DNA from: an uncultured Bacillota bacterium
GTDB taxonomy: Bacteria > Bacillota > Clostridia > Christensenellales > UBA1242
Direction of reading: 5' to 3'
Length of the DNA stretch: 64,000 nucleotides
Assembly: GCA_900551705.1 (NCBI GenBank)
Contig: URWY01000001.1
Location: 22,273-86,272 of the forward strand
Shown: piece after piece, positions 1 to 9,020 of the stretch
How the letters are laid out: each line of letters opens with the position of its first letter
Position numbering within the stretch: the first letter of the stretch is position 1
Notes under the pieces: generated by a model
The model's database searches: none
What the model saw: only the letters and a program-made list of their open reading frames with translations
Told to the model about the DNA's origin: nothing
Program-made: the position numbers and the translations under genes

Positions 1-2963
1 AAGCAATTGAAATTGTGAATGAATGGGAGAAGCAAAATAGTGCATCTTTTGACATCTTTAAGGAATGCAAAACTTCTTTGGATATTGATTTTAACAAATT
101 AAAGAGTGGATTATTAAAGTTTGATGAAGAGGCTTTTGAGAATTTTAAAAAATTATTTAAATGTGTTAATCATGGATACCAATATAATACATTGGTAAGT
201 TCTGATTTTGCTTTAACATATACTGATGTTTCAAAGAAAATTAAGGAATATGGATTTTCAGGAATCTTCGTTATATATGATGAATTTGGTGTGTTGTTAG
301 AAAACCAAGATCAAGATTTCGTTTCAAAATTAAATAAAATACAATCTTTTGCGGAAAAGTGTGAGACATCTGAAAAAGATTCTCAGATGCATGTTTGTTG
401 TATTACGCACAAGGAAGTAACTCTTTATAGTGTTGATGGATCTCATTTAGATAGCTTCGAAAAGATAGCAGGAAGATTTAAACAAATAAGATTTGATAGA
501 TCTATGGAAGAAAACTATCAAATAATTTGTGCTGCTATTGAAAAGAGTAAGGGATATCAAGAGCTAGTATCAAAAGAATTAGAAAAAAATAACTATTTAG
601 AAAAATATAAGAAATCAAGTTTATTTAGTGCCGATCAACTGGAGTATATATTTAATAATGGTTATCCATTTAATCCATTTGCTTTATATGCATTGATTCA
701 AGTATCTGAGAAAGTTGCTCAAAACGAAAGAACTTTATTTACTTTCATGTCTGATACAGATATAAATAGTTTTAATTATTTTATAGCGAACAACAATACA
801 GGGTTATTAAATGTTCCAGCAATATATGATTATTTTGAGCCATTAATAAAAGATAATACTGAATATAGAATGTTGTGCTATAAAGTTGATGGTTTAAATA
901 AAACAATTATAAAAAGTCAAGAAAGGGATGTTATTAAATGTATAGCAATTTCTAAAATTATTAATGACAATGTAAGGTACGTTTGTAGTGATGAAAACAT
1001 TTCACTAGCTCTTAATAAATCAGAAGGTGAAGTTAAGAAAATAATTACATCTTTAATTAACGCAAATGTATTAAAAAGAAATATCAATGATGATAGTGTT
1101 GATTTTTCAGTAATAACTGACAATCAGTTTTTAACCCTTTTGGATGATACTTTCAATAGTAAATATGGATTTGAATCTGTAAGCAAATTACTAAATGAAT
1201 TTAATGAAGAAAAATATTTTGTTTCAAATCAATATAATTACGAACATAAAATGGTTAGATATTTTAGGTCTGAATATATTGAAGCTTCTGTATTGGAAAA
1301 TTTAAATTCATTGGATGTATATTTTGATCAAGAATTTTGTGATGGTCTTATAATAAATTTAGTAAATGATATAGGAATTACTCAAAAAAGAACAAAAGAA
1401 ATACTTGAGAATCTCGGATATAAAAATGTAATTATTAGATTTATAGATAAGATGATCCCTGCATTTGCAATTAAGAAAATAAGGAGATTATTTGCAGCTA
1501 AAAATTTATTAATTGATTCTGGGGCACTTTCTGAAGATGCAAAAAATACATTACCAAAATATGTGGATGATGAGATTATAGAAATAAATTCTTTTTTAAG
1601 AGATCTTACCTCCAAAGCAAAACTCCTTGCTTTAAATATTCCTGACAATAAATCTTTGTCTGGCTATATTTATCAAGCATTAAATTCGTTATACGAAAAA
1701 ACAGTAATCATAAACAATGAACAAGTTAATAAAAATGAAATATCTTCAGTAACAAATAAAGCTAGAGTAAATGTAATTGAATTAATCTTAAATAAAAATG
1801 AAGGGGAGTATTCTTCTACCTCAGCCGAAGGCACAATCTATGATAGTTTTAAAACATCAATTGATAAAAATTATGAGATTGTTGATAAAATTAAAGAATG
1901 TTTTTTAATCAATAATAAGAATAAGCTGGAATTATATGATTTAGTAGAAATGTTAAAATCTGCTCCTTACGGTATGAGAGATGGGGTAATACCTTTGTTT
2001 GTTGCAAAAGCGATTTCTGATCTTTTAGTAATAAACAACGATATAATAAAAACAATTATTTTATATAACCGAGATCTTGAGATTCCAATGAATGCATTAA
2101 ATCTATGTAAAGCATTGGCTTATCCAGAGCAATATAATATTTCATTTGAAGAAATTAATCACGATAAAATACTTATGATTAATGAGTTGATGTCTTTATT
2201 TAATTGTAAAGCATCAGACAGTTTCTCTGATAATGTTTTGAATTTGGTCAGTGCAATAAAAAATTATGTTCAAAACCTGCCTCCAATTATTATTAAAACA
2301 GGTAAAGCTGAAAATATTTTAAGTTTGTCAACAACTGCAATAAAGTTTAAAGATGAATTTTTAAAACATAACTTAAATATTCACGAATCTCTTTTAGTAA
2401 AATTGCCTAAATTATTGTCTTCACCAATTAAAGATGTATCTAAAAATATAAAAACATTATTAGAAGAATATGATAAGAAATTGGAAAAATATACACAAGA
2501 GATTATAGTTAAGGTTATTAATTCATTTGGCTCTGAAATGGATTCAATAAAATCAACATATGACCTTTGGAAAGCTCAATATCCTCAAATTAAAAATGTA
2601 ATATTTGAAAACAGAGAAAAGGCTCTTTATAAGGCATTTGAAGTTATTAAGTATAACAACAAGGACGCACTTAATTTGTTATCTTATGCTTTATGTAATT
2701 GTACAATAGAAGATTGGAATTCGCAAAGAGAAGCTGAATTTATGTCAGTGTTAGAAAGTTTTATTGATAAAGTATATAATTACGATGAGAATTCAGTTTC
2801 AAAACAAGATTTTAACGATAATAAAACTGTGATTGAGATTAGTCAACTCGGGAAAACACTTTATTCAAATTTGACAGAAATGATAGAAGAGTATGGATCA
2901 TCATTAAGTAATGAAGAGAAGGCTTCTATAATAAAAAGAATTTTAAATGAACTTATTGATTAG
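1..2963 (+). CDS. Very large NTPase-like protein, 5' end outside window (>=986 aa visible); tentatively BrxC/PglY (DUF499)-like
   Basis: Track ORF 15..2963 stays open in frame back to base 3, so the GTG at 15 is not the true start. A Walker-B-like 'GIFVIYDEFG' lies near the visible N-terminus. It is followed by 'GYPFNPFALY...VAQNERTLFTFM', which I recall as resembling the YPxHP...FQRTRGxLRL block of DUF499/BrxC ATPases (from memory, unverified). The stop TAG 2961-2963 abuts the GGAGG SD of the next gene. Confidence 0.6.
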   Translation, partial: AIEIVNEWEKQNSASFDIFKECKTSLDIDFNKLKSGLLKFDEEAFENFKKLFKCVNHGYQYNTLVSSDFALTYTDVSKKIKEYGFSGIFVIYDEFGVLLENQDQDFVSKLNKIQSFAEKCETSEKDSQMHVCCITHKEVTLYSVDGSHLDSFEKIAGRFKQIRFDRSMEENYQIICAAIEKSKGYQELVSKELEKNNYLEKYKKSSLFSADQLEYIFNNGYPFNPFALYALIQVSEKVAQNERTLFTFMSDTDINSFNYFIANNNTGLLNVPAIYDYFEPLIKDNTEYRMLCYKVDGLNKTIIKSQERDVIKCIAISKIINDNVRYVCSDENISLALNKSEGEVKKIITSLINANVLKRNINDDSVDFSVITDNQFLTLLDDTFNSKYGFESVSKLLNEFNEEKYFVSNQYNYEHKMVRYFRSEYIEASVLENLNSLDVYFDQEFCDGLIINLVNDIGITQKRTKEILENLGYKNVIIRFIDKMIPAFAIKKIRRLFAAKNLLIDSGALSEDAKNTLPKYVDDEIIEINSFLRDLTSKAKLLALNIPDNKSLSGYIYQALNSLYEKTVIINNEQVNKNEISSVTNKARVNVIELILNKNEGEYSSTSAEGTIYDSFKTSIDKNYEIVDKIKECFLINNKNKLELYDLVEMLKSAPYGMRDGVIPLFVAKAISDLLVINNDIIKTIILYNRDLEIPMNALNLCKALAYPEQYNISFEEINHDKILMINELMSLFNCKASDSFSDNVLNLVSAIKNYVQNLPPIIIKTGKAENILSLSTTAIKFKDEFLKHNLNIHESLLVKLPKLLSSPIKDVSKNIKTLLEEYDKKLEKYTQEIIVKVINSFGSEMDSIKSTYDLWKAQYPQIKNVIFENREKALYKAFEVIKYNNKDALNLLSYALCNCTIEDWNSQREAEFMSVLESFIDKVYNYDENSVSKQDFNDNKTVIEISQLGKTLYSNLTEMIEEYGSSLSNEEKASIIKRILNELID

Positions 2964-2972
2964 GAGGAATAG

Positions 2973-4088
2973 ATGATTTACTTTGACAATGCGGCGACGA
3001 CTTTTCCAAAGCCTCAATGTGTATACGATGCAGTAAATGAAGGAATGAAGAAATTTTCATTTAATGCAGGAAGAGGAAGTTATAGTGCCGCTATAGACAC
3101 TTTTAATATGATATCAGCTACAAGAGAAAAGATTGCAAACATTGTCAGAGCAAATCCTAATCAAGTAGTTTTTACAGCATCTGCAACTGAATCGTTAAAT
3201 ATTATAATTAATGGTCTTGATTTAAAAAGGGGAGATAAGGTTTATATCTCACCTTTTGAACACAATTCAATTGTAAGAACATTACATAAATGTGATGTGG
3301 AAATAAAGTTTATTCCTTTTAGCAAAAAAAATTGGAGTGTTAATTATGACAAATTAAATGATGAATTGGCAATTAACAAGCCTAAAGCTGTTATTATTAG
3401 TCATATTAGTAATGTTACCGGTTTTGAGTTGCCATATAATGAAATATTTAAGTACTCAAAAAAATATGGCGCGGTTACTGTGTTAGATTCTGCTCAAGGA
3501 TTTGGAACATATCAGGTAGATGCACGATTTGTGGATTTTGTCGTTTTTGCAGGTCATAAATCTTTATACAGTGTATTTGGTGTTGCAGGATTTATAAATA
3601 AAACAAACATCCCTTTGATTGTTTTTAAAACTGGGGGAACTGGTTCTGACTCGTTAAATTTAGACATGCCACAAGAACTCCCTGCAAAAATGGAAGCTGG
3701 TAGTCTAAATGCAGTTGCTATATACGCATTAAATAAAAGTATAGATTTCATTGTTAATAGCGATTTTGCAATAAAAAAACATGAACTAACAAGTTATTTA
3801 ATAGAAAGATTGAAGGAGCTTGATAATGTTATAATTTATTGCCCAGATGATATTGAAACCAAAGGTATAGTTGCCTTTAATATTGAAGGTTATACCTCTG
3901 ATGAGATTGGCAAAATATTGTCTTCGCAATATGATATTTGTGTAAGAACGGGATATCACTGTGCACCTTATATACATGATTTTTTAGAAGATAAAAAATA
4001 TTCTGGATGTGTTAGGGTTAGTTTAAGTGGTTTCAATACAATTGATGAAATAGATACTTTAATTGATGCAATAAATAATTTGATATAA
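2973..4088 (+). CDS. PLP-dependent cysteine desulfurase (class V aminotransferase; SufS/Csd-type active-site loop)
   Basis: N-terminal 'IYFDNAATTFPKP'. PLP-lysine motif 'FAGHKS' (Lys196, nt 3558-3560). Catalytic Cys loop 'RTGYHCAPY' (Cys330, nt 3960-3962). GGAGG SD 5 nt upstream of the ATG. Confidence 0.85.
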   Translation: MIYFDNAATTFPKPQCVYDAVNEGMKKFSFNAGRGSYSAAIDTFNMISATREKIANIVRANPNQVVFTASATESLNIIINGLDLKRGDKVYISPFEHNSIVRTLHKCDVEIKFIPFSKKNWSVNYDKLNDELAINKPKAVIISHISNVTGFELPYNEIFKYSKKYGAVTVLDSAQGFGTYQVDARFVDFVVFAGHKSLYSVFGVAGFINKTNIPLIVFKTGGTGSDSLNLDMPQELPAKMEAGSLNAVAIYALNKSIDFIVNSDFAIKKHELTSYLIERLKELDNVIIYCPDDIETKGIVAFNIEGYTSDEIGKILSSQYDICVRTGYHCAPYIHDFLEDKKYSGCVRVSLSGFNTIDEIDTLIDAINNLI

Positions 4089-4108
4089 ATTTATAGAGAG
4101 GAGGAAAG

Positions 4109-6241
4109 ATGTCTTTAAGAGAAGTTATAATAAAAAAAGAATATCGTTCTTTATTGGATAATGTTGCCAAAGAGTTTTATATTCCATTATTACAAAAAGC
4201 AGTGTTATATAAAAGAGCTGTTGGATTTTTTTCTTCATCTGTTTTAATAGAAATATCAAAAGGAATATTGGGATTAGTAAAAAATGCTGGCAAAATACAA
4301 TTGATAGCATCGCCATATTTGTCTGATGAAGATGTAGAGGCAATAAAAAATGGTTACAGTAGGCGGGAAATTGTTAGAAAGGCTGCGTTAAGAGAGTTGA
4401 AAGAACCAAGAAATGCATTTCAAGAAGAACGATTAAATTTTTTGGCAAATCTAATTGCTGATGGTATTTTGGATGTTAAAATAGCTATAACTGATACTGG
4501 TAATAAGATTGGTATGTATCATGAAAAAGTTGGGATAATTGAAGATTTGGAAGGTAATAAAGTTGCTTTTTCGGGTTCAATGAATGAGTCTGCGAACGCT
4601 CTTTTAGCTAATTATGAAACCATAGATGTATATACAAGTTGGAGTGATGATAAGGATAGAGTTGAATCAAAAGAAAAAGCCTTTGATTTAATTTGGAATA
4701 ATAATGAATCAAATATAAAAACTATTGAGTTTGAGGATATTGGAGAGGACTTTATAAAGAGATATAAACGAAATACAATTGACTATAAGGAATATTCTAC
4801 AAATGAAAACGATTGTGATAATATAGAAGAATGGAAGTTTTTTAAAGTCCCAGAAGAAGTTGATTTTTATGATTATCAGAAAGATGCTATTGACGCGTGG
4901 ATAAAAAATTCTTGTTGTGGAATTTATGATATGGCAACTGGTTCTGGTAAAACATATACAGCTCTAGGATCAATTACGAAATTGTCACAAATGTTAAATG
5001 AAGAAATTGCGATTGTAATAGTTGCGCCATATCAACATTTAGTTGAACAATGGGTTGAAGATATAAATAACTTTAATGTTAATCCAATAGTTGCTTATTC
5101 TTATAGAGGTCAAAAATGGCGACAATATTTTATCGATGCGGTGAATGCTTATAATATTGGAGCGAGGAAGAATTTCTGCATAATTACAACAAACGCGACT
5201 TTTGCAAGTGATGATTTTCAAAACATTCTAAATAAGTTAAAAAAGAATTTTTGCTTTATTGTTGATGAGGCTCATAATTTTGGTGCAACAAAATTAAGTT
5301 CATTATTACCCAAAAAAGCAAGATATAGATTGGCTCTATCTGCCACAATTGAAAGACATAGAGATGAAGAAGGTACAGCTTGTTTAAGAAAATACTTTAG
5401 TAAAACGTGTATTTCATTTAGTTTGAAGGATGCTATAAATAAAGGATTCTTAACAAGTTACTACTATCATCCAATCATTGTATATTTATCTCCTGAGGAG
5501 CTTGAAGATTACAATGAAATAACAAAAAAGATCATAAAAATGGGTGGAATAACAAAAGAAAATCTTGAAAAAAATAAAAACTTAGAGTTATTATTAATTA
5601 AAAGGGCTAGGATTGTTGCCGGGTGCAAATCAAAGGTTGATAAATTATTAGATATTATAAAACCATTTAAAGATGATAGTTATATATTAGTGTATTGTGG
5701 TGCAACCAAATATGATAATCAAGATATTTCTGATGATCAAGATATTCGTCAAATTGATGAAGTAAGTAATAGGTTGTATGGAGATTTGGGGATGAAGGTA
5801 AGAAAATTTACTTCATCAGAAAGTAAAGAAGAGAGAATAGAAATAAAAAGAATGTTTGCTACTGGCAGAGAATTGCAAGTAATAACAGCTATTAAATGTT
5901 TGGATGAGGGTGTTAATATTCCTGCAATAAAAACTGCATTTATATTGGCTAGTAGTACAAATCCAAAAGAATATATTCAAAGAAGAGGAAGGGTTTTAAG
6001 AAAATTTGAAGGGAAAGAATATGCTGAAATCTTTGACTTTATTACGTTGCCAAGACCTTTAAGTAGAGTTAGATTTTGTTCTCCAGATGAAAAATCATAT
6101 GACTTGTCACTGGTTAGGAAGGAATTTACAAGAATGATAGATTTTGCAGATACGGCACGAAATAAATTTGAAATTGATAATATTAAGTCTGAAATAGAAA
6201 GGGCTTATACAAATCTAACAGGAGGATATTTTGATGAATAA
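4109..6241 (+). CDS. Single-HKD PLD-family nuclease domain fused to SF2 (DEAH) helicase
   Basis: HKD motif 'YHEKVGIIED' followed by 'GSMNES' (aa 137-160). Helicase motif I 'MATGSGKTYTA', II 'VDEAHNFG', III 'SATIER', VI 'QRRGRVLRK'. GAGGAGG SD upstream. Confidence 0.85.
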   Translation: MSLREVIIKKEYRSLLDNVAKEFYIPLLQKAVLYKRAVGFFSSSVLIEISKGILGLVKNAGKIQLIASPYLSDEDVEAIKNGYSRREIVRKAALRELKEPRNAFQEERLNFLANLIADGILDVKIAITDTGNKIGMYHEKVGIIEDLEGNKVAFSGSMNESANALLANYETIDVYTSWSDDKDRVESKEKAFDLIWNNNESNIKTIEFEDIGEDFIKRYKRNTIDYKEYSTNENDCDNIEEWKFFKVPEEVDFYDYQKDAIDAWIKNSCCGIYDMATGSGKTYTALGSITKLSQMLNEEIAIVIVAPYQHLVEQWVEDINNFNVNPIVAYSYRGQKWRQYFIDAVNAYNIGARKNFCIITTNATFASDDFQNILNKLKKNFCFIVDEAHNFGATKLSSLLPKKARYRLALSATIERHRDEEGTACLRKYFSKTCISFSLKDAINKGFLTSYYYHPIIVYLSPEELEDYNEITKKIIKMGGITKENLEKNKNLELLLIKRARIVAGCKSKVDKLLDIIKPFKDDSYILVYCGATKYDNQDISDDQDIRQIDEVSNRLYGDLGMKVRKFTSSESKEERIEIKRMFATGRELQVITAIKCLDEGVNIPAIKTAFILASSTNPKEYIQRRGRVLRKFEGKEYAEIFDFITLPRPLSRVRFCSPDEKSYDLSLVRKEFTRMIDFADTARNKFEIDNIKSEIERAYTNLTGGYFDE

Positions 6242-6419
6242 TACCAATGAAAGCATTAACAATTTAACAAATACTATTGTGTTTGAGCCTCAAAAATTAA
6301 AAGAAATGGTATCAAGAATTTATGATGCTGAAGTTAGGAATACTAAAACAAAACAAAGAACTGAAAAACAGATGAAAGATATGATAGAAAAAATTATAGA
6401 GGAGGTTGCAAATAAATGA
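6234..6419 (+). CDS. 61-aa protein of unknown function, overlapping both neighbours
   Basis: ATG 6234 is preceded by GGAGGA (6221-6226). It overlaps the helicase 3' end by 8 nt, and its TGA overlaps the next ATG (ATGA at 6416-6419). The product is charged and K/E-rich with no recognisable motif. Confidence 0.45.
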   Translation: MNNTNESINNLTNTIVFEPQKLKEMVSRIYDAEVRNTKTKQRTEKQMKDMIEKIIEEVANK

Positions 6420-8425
6420 TTTTAAAAAAGATAAAATTTCATAACTTTAGACCATTTATTGGTGATCAAACTATAGATTTATCATCTGAAGATAAAGAAA
6501 AGAATGTTACAGTTATTTTGGGTTCTAATACATTTGGAAAAACAACATTTGTTTTATCTTTTATATGGTGTTTATATGGAGATAGTAGATTTTCTCGACC
6601 AAATGAAATTCTTAACAAGAAGGTTGAGAAGGAAATGGGGTATGGAGAACAAAAAACTGCTTCTGTAGAAATAGAATTTGAAGATGATGGTGTCTATTAT
6701 ACAGTTATTAGGTCTCAAATGTTTACAATGGGGAGTAATAGAACGCTAACAACAAATGGTAGCGATGTTAAAATGACCTATGTTGAAGATTCAATGACAA
6801 AGTCTGTTGGTAATTTAAAACATCAAGTAGAAGAAGCAATAGAGGCTATTTTGCCAAAAGATTTATCACCATTTTTCTTCTTTGAAGGTGAAAAAGGCAA
6901 TGAAATTCCAAAAGCGGATTTAGGTAAATCGGTTAGAACCTTATTGGGGCTTGAGGCTTTTGAAAAAATGAGAGAACATATTCATGGTTCGGGTTCAAAC
7001 TACAATACAGATAGCGTTATGGGTAGATATGCGGCTAAGATAAGTGAAAAAAGTGGAAAGGATGCAAAAAATGCTCTTCAAAATAAAAAACAGGCAGAAG
7101 AAGAGCTTCAAAGTACTAATACTAGAATTAAAGAAATAGAAAATGATATAAAAGATTATTCTGACAAGATTGAAATGATAAATACAGAGTTAAGGAATGC
7201 TGAACCTACTAAAGCTTTACAAGAGAAAAGAGATTCTATACTTGCAGAAACACAAAGATTAAAAGAAAGTTTGAATTCTAGTATGAAAAAATTCCTAACA
7301 TCATTTAGTAAAAATTCATTACCATTGTTAGTTTCATCGTTTACAGAAAAAGCCAGAGAAAGATTAAAGGAAATGGATATTGCGGATAAAGGAATAAAGG
7401 GAATAGAAGCACCTGCCATTTACGAATTATTGAAAAGAGGAACTTGTCTTTGTGGGACCCAACTAAATGAAGGTAGTATTGCCTATAAAAACGTTAAAGA
7501 TTATATAGATTATATTCCACCTAAAAACGTAGGAACTCTTGCGGCTGAAATGTTAGAAAATATTGACAAATTTGACGAATGCGCCAAAGATTATGTGGAA
7601 GAATTTGAAGAATTATACAAAGAAATTCAAAAGATTAAAACAAGAATTAATGATTTGGAAAGAGAAGAAAAAAGAGTTTTGTTTGAGATTTCAAGAATTG
7701 GTAGTATAGACACTTCAAATTTAGAAAGTGATTTGTCTTCGTATAATTCAAGAATTAAAGATTTAAAAGAAGAAAAAGAATTAAAACTAATAAAAATTGG
7801 ATCTTTACAAAATAGAATTGAAAATGCGGAAAAAGATTTTAATACAGCTCAGAGCAAAAATGTGTCTAATGAAAAATTTCAAACATACTTCAAATATGCG
7901 GAATCAATATATATTTGGTTAAATAACAATTATAATTCAAAAGAAAACACAATGAGAGAGCGTTTAAGCAAATATATTAATGAGCTATATAACGAAATGT
8001 ATAGCGGAACTCGTGATGTTTCAATTGATAAAAATTATAATATTCACATGTTATATGAAGGTGAAGAGAGTGCGACTACTGGATTATTAAAGACCATCCA
8101 ATATTGTGCATATGTAGCATCTTTGGTAAAATTATCTAAAGAGGTTATGTTAGAGAGAAATAATGATGATCCGTTATCGGATCCTCAAAATAAAAGTGAA
8201 AAATACCCATTAGTTTTTGATGCTGTATTTTCTACTGCAGATGAAGAACATACACCTAAAATTGCAAAAACATTGGCTGAAAGTACAGAACAACTTGTTT
8301 TTGCTGTGATGAGAAAAGACTGGACATTAGCAGAATCTGGCTTAATTGGAAAGGTTGGTAGATTTTATGAGCTTGAAAAAATAGATGAGTGGGAAGTAAA
8401 AATTGTGGAGGTGAATAATGGATAA
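6416..8425 (+). CDS. DndD/SspC-like SMC-type ABC ATPase with central Cys-x-Cys
   Basis: N-terminus 'MILKKIKFHNFRPFIGDQTIDL...VILGSNTFGKTTFVLSFIWCLYG' (Walker A, Lys42) is typical of DndD/SbcC-type ATPases. Long heptad-like K/E/L-rich middle region. 'GTCLCGTQL' at aa 342-350 of 669 (nt 7445-7453). C-terminal Walker-B-like 'YPLVFDAVFSTADEEH'. Confidence 0.75.
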   Translation: MILKKIKFHNFRPFIGDQTIDLSSEDKEKNVTVILGSNTFGKTTFVLSFIWCLYGDSRFSRPNEILNKKVEKEMGYGEQKTASVEIEFEDDGVYYTVIRSQMFTMGSNRTLTTNGSDVKMTYVEDSMTKSVGNLKHQVEEAIEAILPKDLSPFFFFEGEKGNEIPKADLGKSVRTLLGLEAFEKMREHIHGSGSNYNTDSVMGRYAAKISEKSGKDAKNALQNKKQAEEELQSTNTRIKEIENDIKDYSDKIEMINTELRNAEPTKALQEKRDSILAETQRLKESLNSSMKKFLTSFSKNSLPLLVSSFTEKARERLKEMDIADKGIKGIEAPAIYELLKRGTCLCGTQLNEGSIAYKNVKDYIDYIPPKNVGTLAAEMLENIDKFDECAKDYVEEFEELYKEIQKIKTRINDLEREEKRVLFEISRIGSIDTSNLESDLSSYNSRIKDLKEEKELKLIKIGSLQNRIENAEKDFNTAQSKNVSNEKFQTYFKYAESIYIWLNNNYNSKENTMRERLSKYINELYNEMYSGTRDVSIDKNYNIHMLYEGEESATTGLLKTIQYCAYVASLVKLSKEVMLERNNDDPLSDPQNKSEKYPLVFDAVFSTADEEHTPKIAKTLAESTEQLVFAVMRKDWTLAESGLIGKVGRFYELEKIDEWEVKIVEVNNG

Positions 8426-8984
8426 CATTATTGAAAAGGGTTCTAGGAATGGTTTGTTTACCAGAGAAATTGAACTAAATAATAGATATGCCACAATTAT
8501 AAGGTATTTAAAAGAGGAAGTTAATATATTCTCATCTTTTAGAGATGCGTACTTAAATGCAGCAATAATTGGTTTTTTAAAAAATACTAATACTTCTAAT
8601 TTTAAATTAAATGAAAATGTAAAACCAGCATCAATATTTCCTAATGAATTATCAGCAAGAAGGGCTGATTTAAGATTTGTTTTTAGAATAATAATGGCTG
8701 TTAAAGATGAAGATGATTATAAAATTGATGATTACATGAATAGAACATTTAGAGACGGCTCTGAAGAAGATTCATATAGTGGATTAGATGAAAAAATGGA
8801 AATATTCAATACATATGTTTGTAAGGGATTAGATTATCTTTATAATAAGTTTGAGAATATTCATAACCAAGAAGAAATTGTTAATACTTTATATGAAATA
8901 TTGAGAGATATTGGTATAGAATCTGGTTTGGTTGTTACAGATGGATTACCTGATTTTGATGTTAATGATATTATAGTTGAATAG
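8418..8984 (+). CDS. 188-aa hypothetical protein (operon member)
   Basis: ATG overlaps the upstream stop by 8 nt and has a GGAGGTG SD. No catalytic motif recognised. 'FSSFRDAYLNAAIIGF' vaguely recalls the small helical proteins annotated as dnd-system-associated (from memory, unverified). Confidence 0.55.
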   Translation: MDNIIEKGSRNGLFTREIELNNRYATIIRYLKEEVNIFSSFRDAYLNAAIIGFLKNTNTSNFKLNENVKPASIFPNELSARRADLRFVFRIIMAVKDEDDYKIDDYMNRTFRDGSEEDSYSGLDEKMEIFNTYVCKGLDYLYNKFENIHNQEEIVNTLYEILRDIGIESGLVVTDGLPDFDVNDIIVE

Positions 8985-9020
8985 TATTCGAAAGGATAAA
9001 ATAAAAACGAAGGAGAAATT

